Shown here: positions 58,046 to 64,000 of the stretch, one piece after another | How the letters are laid out: each line of letters starts with the position of its first letter | How positions within the stretch are numbered: the first letter of the stretch is position 1 | Origin: a virus | IMG/VR virus record: IMGVR_UViG_3300010162_000011 | Direction: 5' to 3' (one strand) | Length of the DNA: 64,000 nt | Program-made: the position numbers and the translations under genes | Notes under the pieces: generated by a model | Databases searched by the model: none | Seen by the model: the letters and a program-made list of their open reading frames with translations, nothing else | Told to the model about the DNA's origin: nothing

Positions 58046-58096
58046 TTAAAAAAAATTTTTTATAAAAAATTCTATTTATCCTAAAAGAAGGTAAAT

Positions 58097-60925
58097 ATGC
58101 CATCAACAGAGATAAATAACCTTATAGGAGAAATTAAAGACCTTATTATACAGTTCAAAAGTTATGAAGAAACTGCAAATAATATTTTAATATCATCTAA
58201 TGATCTTATTAATGTTATTAGTGAAAACACAAAATTAGGTGAAAGTAGTGGTACTAGAAGTGGTACAACTTCCGTTGAAAAAACAGAATCCGAAACCGCT
58301 GATATTTTCAGTAAAAGTATAGATATATTCAGTACTTCTGTTACAGCATTTCAATCTGCTGTTCAAACATTTGTTAATGGTATTGCTACTAAACCGGTTC
58401 AACAAGGAACAAGTACACAACAAACCACTAATGTTCAACAACCAACAAATTCTGGTGGTAATACGGATTGGGGTAATGTTTTAGGTGGTGTTGCTGCCGC
58501 AGGTGTTGGTATTTGGGGTGTATCTAAAATTTTGGGAATGTTCGGTGGCAGTGGCGGAGGTTCTGGTGGAGGAAAGGGTGGAAAAGGTATTATAGGAGAA
58601 TTTTTAGGTGCTATACCTAACCAATTTAAAGAATTGGATAAGGGTGTTGCTGGTTTACGCGCACAATTTCATTTTACAAACGAAGCGGCGCAGGGCATTG
58701 GTATAAGTATTAATGAAGCAGCAGTTGCAACGGAGTTATGGGGTATTAAAGCAAAGGATCTTGCTAAATTGATGGGTGATTTATCCACAAAAACTGGTAT
58801 AACAAATATGTTATCTAGATCTGATATGTTTACTTTTGGGGCACTTGAAACAGCAACAAAAAATCAAGGGGTTGCATTTGCTGATTTTGCCCATCAATTG
58901 GGTATAGGTGTTTCCGGAACCGAAAATATGTTTAATGAAATGAATCGTAGTGCGTCTAATTTTGGTGTAGATGCTGTTAAACATACACAAAATATGTTAG
59001 GTAACATGAAAGTTATGAACAATTTTCATTTTAGAAATGGTGTTAAGGGTTTCGCTGATATGGCAGCACATGCTATGAGGATGCGTTTAGATATGACTGC
59101 TGTTTCTAATTATGCGGATAAATATCGAAGTTTAGAGAGCGCATTTGAAACGTCTGCTCAAATACAGGTGTTAGGTGGTTCTTATTCTCAACATGCTGAC
59201 CCACTTAAAAATATGTACAATTCTATATTTAATCCGGAGGAGTTTCAGAAAGACATGGTAAGCGTAGTTGGGAAAAGCATGAGTTTTGATAGAAAGAAGG
59301 GAATGGTTACTTTTGATTCTGGGGAAGATATGTTAAGAGCACAGGCATATGCTGAAGCATCTGGTCGAAATTTTGATGAAATGGTCGAAAGTGGTAGAAG
59401 ATTTGCAAGTGAAAGATATATTGTAGAAGAATTAAAGGGGTCTGGTTTATCTTCTGATCTGCAAGATTTAGTTAAAGGAAAGGCTAACTTCGGTAAAGAT
59501 GATAGTGGTAGAGAAGGTTGGGTTATGTCAGTATTGGATAAGACTAGGGGTGAGTGGGTAAATAAAAATGTTAAAGATTTAACACCGGAAGATTTAAAAA
59601 GTGCTCAGACTACAAGTGAAAGAAGTTTATTTGAAATAGCAACTAACACAAAAACTCTAACAGAAATTGGGGATGGTATAAAACAAGGTGTTATGCGGTG
59701 GAGTGTTAATCAATTGTTTAAAGCATTACCCGGTGGTTTATATGGTACTGTTAGGGGTGGTTACGAATGGGCAGGTGGTGCAACACAAGGTCTTTCCGGA
59801 AAAAATCTAACGCAAGGGGTTGGTCATCTTGTAGAAAAGGGTGGTGAAGCATTTGAAGGTATTAAAAACACGGCATTAGAGGGTTGGGGTTATATAAGGG
59901 ATAACGTTGTCCCGTATATAAAAGGAATAATAGGTTCAGCAACAACTTGGTTTAAAGGTGATGGTTGGCAAAATTTCCAAAAAGAAATAGGAAAAGTTTG
60001 GAGAGAAGATATTGCACCAATATTTGCTAGTATTGGAAAATGGTTTAGTGATAATGTATGGACACCATTTTACGATAATTGGTTAAAACCAAAAATAGAT
60101 GATTTTATTAGTTGGTTTAAGATTACGTTTTATAAACTAATTGGTAATTTACCTTTTTTTAATAAAAATAAATGGTATGGTAAGGCTGCAGACGAAGAGA
60201 TTGTTAGAGCAGAAAGATCACGTGATTTAGCAAATGTGGCAAGAGAAAAGGGAAATATTACAGGAGCAGAAAGACATGATAGGAAATACGAGTCACGTAT
60301 TGAACGTGCAGAAGAAACGCGATCAAAAGGTGGTGGTTTCGATTGGACTAATGTTGGGGCTACCACAGCGGCAGGTGCACTTGGTGGGGGTATTGTCGGT
60401 TCCGTTATACCTGGTGTTGGTACAGGTGTTGTTGCTGCTATTGGTGGTGCTGGTGGGTTTCTTTATGGTGTTGGTAAAGAATTATATTATATGAATCGAC
60501 AACCTACCGGTAATCAAACACCTACGACCACTACACCGGATATAACAAATATGTATGATGGGATGATTTCATCACATGGTAAAATTACTAAGTTTGATTC
60601 CCAAGATCAAATATTAGCAGCAAAACCGGATGGTGCAATTTCACAGTTTTTGAATAATTCTGGAATGTCTTCTCGAAGTAATAATAACATTGGTGGAAGT
60701 AAATTTTCCCATTCCGGTAACATAAGTATTAACTTGTCCGGTAATATTCAATTACAGGATCCAAATGGTGGTATTCACAATTGGGATAAGTTGACTAGGG
60801 ATCCACAATTTATTTCCAATTTAACTGATAAGATTACGATGGAGATAACAAAGAAAATGAATTATTCTTCATCTGGTGATGGTAGAATGGTATATGGAAA
60901 TTATTCTAGAGGAATGTTCAGTTAA
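58097..60925 (+). CDS. tape-measure-like protein
   Basis: Ala/Gly-rich helical protein, periodic Trp, Gly-zipper TM-like segments, structural-module context. Confidence 0.65.
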   Translation: MPSTEINNLIGEIKDLIIQFKSYEETANNILISSNDLINVISENTKLGESSGTRSGTTSVEKTESETADIFSKSIDIFSTSVTAFQSAVQTFVNGIATKPVQQGTSTQQTTNVQQPTNSGGNTDWGNVLGGVAAAGVGIWGVSKILGMFGGSGGGSGGGKGGKGIIGEFLGAIPNQFKELDKGVAGLRAQFHFTNEAAQGIGISINEAAVATELWGIKAKDLAKLMGDLSTKTGITNMLSRSDMFTFGALETATKNQGVAFADFAHQLGIGVSGTENMFNEMNRSASNFGVDAVKHTQNMLGNMKVMNNFHFRNGVKGFADMAAHAMRMRLDMTAVSNYADKYRSLESAFETSAQIQVLGGSYSQHADPLKNMYNSIFNPEEFQKDMVSVVGKSMSFDRKKGMVTFDSGEDMLRAQAYAEASGRNFDEMVESGRRFASERYIVEELKGSGLSSDLQDLVKGKANFGKDDSGREGWVMSVLDKTRGEWVNKNVKDLTPEDLKSAQTTSERSLFEIATNTKTLTEIGDGIKQGVMRWSVNQLFKALPGGLYGTVRGGYEWAGGATQGLSGKNLTQGVGHLVEKGGEAFEGIKNTALEGWGYIRDNVVPYIKGIIGSATTWFKGDGWQNFQKEIGKVWREDIAPIFASIGKWFSDNVWTPFYDNWLKPKIDDFISWFKITFYKLIGNLPFFNKNKWYGKAADEEIVRAERSRDLANVAREKGNITGAERHDRKYESRIERAEETRSKGGGFDWTNVGATTAAGALGGGIVGSVIPGVGTGVVAAIGGAGGFLYGVGKELYYMNRQPTGNQTPTTTTPDITNMYDGMISSHGKITKFDSQDQILAAKPDGAISQFLNNSGMSSRSNNNIGGSKFSHSGNISINLSGNIQLQDPNGGIHNWDKLTRDPQFISNLTDKITMEITKKMNYSSSGDGRMVYGNYSRGMFS

Positions 60926-60961
60926 TTTTATATTTTTTCAAAAAAATAGTATTTATGTAAT

Positions 60962-61327
60962 ATGGAAAAGTTTTTAAAATATACAAAGAACATTTTAATC
61001 ATTGTTTTGATTGGTTTGATTATATTCCTACTATATCGTGGTACGAATAGAGGTGGAGAAGTTGTAAATAATGATGAATTTATTCATAAGATAGATAGTA
61101 TTCTTAATACTATTGTGGATAGGGATAAAGTAATAGATTCCTTGACACTTGTGATTGGGTTCAATGAAATGGAAATTCGTGGTTATATAAGAACTGTTCA
61201 GTATTTAAATAACCAATTAAACATAAATAAAGATTTATACGATGAGCAAAATAAAAAAATTCAAAGCATGTCTTCTGATTCTCTTGTTCTTTCTGTTAGG
61301 GAACAACTTAGTATATGGGCAAACTGA
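60962..61327 (+). CDS. N-terminally anchored coiled-coil protein (spanin-like?)
   Basis: TM plus coiled coil; overlaps next gene. Confidence 0.55.
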   Translation: MEKFLKYTKNILIIVLIGLIIFLLYRGTNRGGEVVNNDEFIHKIDSILNTIVDRDKVIDSLTLVIGFNEMEIRGYIRTVQYLNNQLNINKDLYDEQNKKIQSMSSDSLVLSVREQLSIWAN

Positions 61328-61658
61328 TTCTGTTTTGCTGTCCATTGATGAGGTGCGCGTAGTAGCAAAAGTACTCAATGAAAATAATTATTTAAGAAAG
61401 GAAAATAGTATTCTTGATTCTATTATAATAGTCAATAATAAACATATTAATTTATTGAATAATAGTATATCTAACTATATGATGATAAATAATCAACAGT
61501 TAGGTGTAATTCACAGTTTTGAAGAAATAGATAGATTAAGAGTACAACAAATAAATAACATGATGCTAGCTCATAAGAAAGATAAACGAATGACAGCAAT
61601 TAAGTTTGGTGGTGGTGGGATAGCAGTCGGAATGATATTAATGTTAATATTAAAATAA
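61242..61658 (+). CDS. signal-peptide and C-terminal TM protein (spanin-partner-like?)
   Basis: Signal peptide, coiled coil, C-terminal GGGGIAVGMILMLIL. Confidence 0.55.
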   Translation: MSKIKKFKACLLILLFFLLGNNLVYGQTDSVLLSIDEVRVVAKVLNENNYLRKENSILDSIIIVNNKHINLLNNSISNYMMINNQQLGVIHSFEEIDRLRVQQINNMMLAHKKDKRMTAIKFGGGGIAVGMILMLILK

Positions 61659-61664
61659 ATAGAT

Positions 61665-61850
61665 ATGGGACTTATAACAGGTTTATTGAAATCAACGATT
61701 TCAGGTGTTACAATGCCACTTGCGGTATTGGGAGATTTAGAAAGTGCAATTAATCCAAACAAAAAACCATCAAAAAAATCAAATGTAGAAAAACATTTTG
61801 ATAATATTGTGGATGGTATGATTGAAACAACCGATGGTGGTTTAATTTAA
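61665..61850 (+). CDS. hypothetical protein
   Basis: ORF in operon. Confidence 0.65.
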   Translation: MGLITGLLKSTISGVTMPLAVLGDLESAINPNKKPSKKSNVEKHFDNIVDGMIETTDGGLI

Positions 61851-61855
61851 ATGAA

Positions 61856-62194
61856 ATGGCAAAACCTATTACAAAAAAAATACAGAGGAGATATCCCGGC
61901 GCACTAGATATAACGGATGTTCACTTAACTAGAGAGGATGCTGAATACTATGCGTTAAATAATCCTACTGCTTATCCCGGTCAAATTATCACATTCACAG
62001 AAAATGATATTGAGAGAGCGGCAATAGTACAAGCAGATAAAACTATACTTGAAATACCAACTGAGTTGAGTTGTTTAGAAATAGATACAACACATTTGGC
62101 AACAAGAAGATGGGTAAATACAAGGATAAATGCTTCGATGAAAGAAGTTATTGAGTTATTATCAGAAATGAATTTACTTTTAGAAAAAGTTTGA
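61856..62194 (+). CDS. putative virion protein
   Basis: A..YA...PTAYPGQII motif. Confidence 0.6.
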   Translation: MAKPITKKIQRRYPGALDITDVHLTREDAEYYALNNPTAYPGQIITFTENDIERAAIVQADKTILEIPTELSCLEIDTTHLATRRWVNTRINASMKEVIELLSEMNLLLEKV

Positions 62195-63813
62195 TTATGC
62201 CTTTAATACCAGAACAACTTAAAGATGATTTATTGAATAATATTACTAATATAATTAATAATATTAGTGATTCTTATTCTGCTGTCGAAACAAAAGGTGG
62301 GGTTATACCTTTACCGGAAGAACAGAATAGTGGAAATTTACCTAACACCATATTGAGTATTCCCATAAAAATAACAGATTCGAAATATATAACTCAAAAT
62401 GGTGTTTATAGTGCTGTTGATGAAGATATTGATGGATATGACCAAGTTACTGTAAATGTGTCTGCCCCATTAGAACTTGTAACCCCGGATATAATTTATG
62501 ATAAAACGAGACCAAAATGTTTACCTAAATTAACAGAAGATAATGTATTTCCTGATAATAGAATTGAATTACTAGTATACTCTTATGTTGGAAGTTCTGC
62601 TTTTATTGCTATTAATGTTAGTACATCTTCTGGACAATATAAAGTAGATATTTATGATTCTAATAATATTTTCATAAAGACTACTAATGTAAATAGCGGT
62701 GTTGTGTATTCAGATGAAATATTAGGCAGTTTAGGTGCGGTACCACTTAATGGTAGTAGGGTATTTTTTATATTTGTTATAACACCTGTTACTTCTGGGG
62801 CGAATTTGATTAGTTTTTCACATGCAAATCACCCATCTATAGGGGCAATATTTAGAAATTGGAATATTTACGAATTTAAAGGTAAGTGTTCTATGATGAC
62901 AAATTTATCTTGTGGAGCGTCTACAGGAAATTTAGCATTAAGAAATTTGAATTATTTTACGCTTTTAGGGGAAAACAGGATTACTGTGTTTGGTTCAATG
63001 TTTTATAATTGCACGAGTTTAATAACTATAAGAAATTTATATTGTGCTTTTTCTTCTACGAATGCGGTAAATTGGATGGTAAATTGTATAAGTTTAGTTG
63101 TGTTACCTGATATAGATTGGAGTAGAATGACAAATGTTAATAGCGCATTTTTAAATTGTTATTCTCTGGTTCAGATGGGTAATATTAATACTTCAAATTG
63201 CACCTCATTTGATAGTTTCTTATCCGGGTGTTCTTCATTAAAGACAATTGCTGCTCTTGATACTTCTAAAGGTGTTACTCTTAATAATATATTTAATAAT
63301 TGTCAGGTATTGGAATTTATACCTGAATTAAATACATCTTTAAATGAAGCTTTGTCTGGTGCATTTTTTAATTGTAGAACATTGCACATTATACCTCCTT
63401 TAGATATGAGTAAAGTAACATCGCTTACTAACACTTTTAATGGGTGTGGTGTGGAAAAAATAGAACTTGAAAATACTTTATCTATAACTAATATAACAAA
63501 CGCTTTTGCAAATGGTCTGAATTTAAAAAAAGTGGGAGGTCTTAATTTCAGAAATCTTACAATTGCCTCCGGAGCATTTTCCGTCTGTCCTTCATTGGAA
63601 ACCATAGAATTTATATCAGATGGATGGGTTGGTGCAGATATAGCGTTTCTTAACTGTTCATTGAGTAGACAGGCAATAGTTGATATATTTAACGCTTTAC
63701 CTGTAATATCAGTAACAAGAACAATTACTATAGTTGGTAATCCTGGGACAAATTTATTGACTTCTAATGACAGATTGATTGCAACAAGTAAAAATTGGAG
63801 TATAACTGGATAA
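62191..63813 (+). CDS. BspA/DUF285-type leucine-rich-repeat protein, candidate receptor-binding appendage
   Basis: ~22-23-aa repeats F..C.SL..I..L.TS; C-terminal IATSKNWSI. Confidence 0.75.
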   Translation: MIMPLIPEQLKDDLLNNITNIINNISDSYSAVETKGGVIPLPEEQNSGNLPNTILSIPIKITDSKYITQNGVYSAVDEDIDGYDQVTVNVSAPLELVTPDIIYDKTRPKCLPKLTEDNVFPDNRIELLVYSYVGSSAFIAINVSTSSGQYKVDIYDSNNIFIKTTNVNSGVVYSDEILGSLGAVPLNGSRVFFIFVITPVTSGANLISFSHANHPSIGAIFRNWNIYEFKGKCSMMTNLSCGASTGNLALRNLNYFTLLGENRITVFGSMFYNCTSLITIRNLYCAFSSTNAVNWMVNCISLVVLPDIDWSRMTNVNSAFLNCYSLVQMGNINTSNCTSFDSFLSGCSSLKTIAALDTSKGVTLNNIFNNCQVLEFIPELNTSLNEALSGAFFNCRTLHIIPPLDMSKVTSLTNTFNGCGVEKIELENTLSITNITNAFANGLNLKKVGGLNFRNLTIASGAFSVCPSLETIEFISDGWVGADIAFLNCSLSRQAIVDIFNALPVISVTRTITIVGNPGTNLLTSNDRLIATSKNWSITG

Positions 63814-63844
63814 TTGTTAATTTGCGGATACACTGTATAAAAAA

Positions 63845-63867
63845 ACAACCTCAATAATTTGAGGTTG
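63845..63867. terminator. terminator hairpin between convergent genes
   Basis: CAACCTCAA/TTGAGGTTG. Confidence 0.6.
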
Positions 63868-63893
63868 AAAATGTTCTTGAAGGGTATAGTGTA

Positions 63894-64000
63894 TTATTCA
63901 ACTTTTAGTGAATCTACAACAACATCTTTTCCTTCAAAATTTAAGCTATCTACGCAAACTTTTTCGACAAGAATGGAGTCGTTGTCCATGTTGGCAGATT
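63894..64000 (-). CDS. hypothetical protein (partial C-terminus)
   Basis: Own translation ...NDSILVEKVCVDSLNFEGKDVVVDSLKVE*. Confidence 0.5.
   Translation of the reverse strand, partial: SANMDNDSILVEKVCVDSLNFEGKDVVVDSLKVE

Noticed and set aside
62191..63813. Diversity-generating retroelement target
   Set aside because: No reverse transcriptase or template/variable repeat pair seen in this window.
63303..63854. 183-aa minus-strand ORF
   Set aside because: Antisense shadow of the LRR gene.
1..64000. Stop-codon recoding as in Lak or some crAss-like phages
   Set aside because: Long structural and enzyme ORFs are intact under code 11, and TAG/TGA serve as real stops at plausible gene ends.

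Overview
AT-rich 64-kb segment of a large tailed dsDNA phage (jumbo/myovirus-like). The host is probably a Bacteroidota species: no Shine-Dalgarno motifs, A-rich leaders, DUF2807/STAS/BspA-type genes. Standard genetic code. Three zones. (1) 1-29.2 kb: an almost entirely minus-strand array of ~70 short, mostly unknown genes organised as cassettes, each behind a ~30-bp motif (coding strand GWTCAGAAAATATTATTCAAATTATATTAA-RRNY-ATA; ~49 copies counted by eye, ~56 in the window). It also carries 14 same-orientation copies of the near-palindrome TACTCATTTGAGTA, a recurrent TTTTAACAT direct/inverted repeat element, two aberrant tRNA-like RNAs, further candidate ncRNAs, several paralogue families and many very acidic proteins. 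It ends at a GC-rich hairpin/G-run island (~29.2 kb). (2) 29.3-47 kb: mixed-strand accessory genes (NUMOD4-HNH endonuclease, cold-shock-domain protein, DUF2807, STAS, lytic transglycosylase, Thg1-like polymerase, ClpX, papain-like protease, PhoH). (3) 47-64 kb: plus-strand virion module (giant baseplate/tube-initiator-like protein, gp53-like wedge, hub-like protein with Amidase_3, tape-measure-like protein, BspA/LRR protein), mostly preceded by a TATTTAT late-promoter-like motif. Family calls are by motif recognition only; no searches were run, and motif counts are manual.
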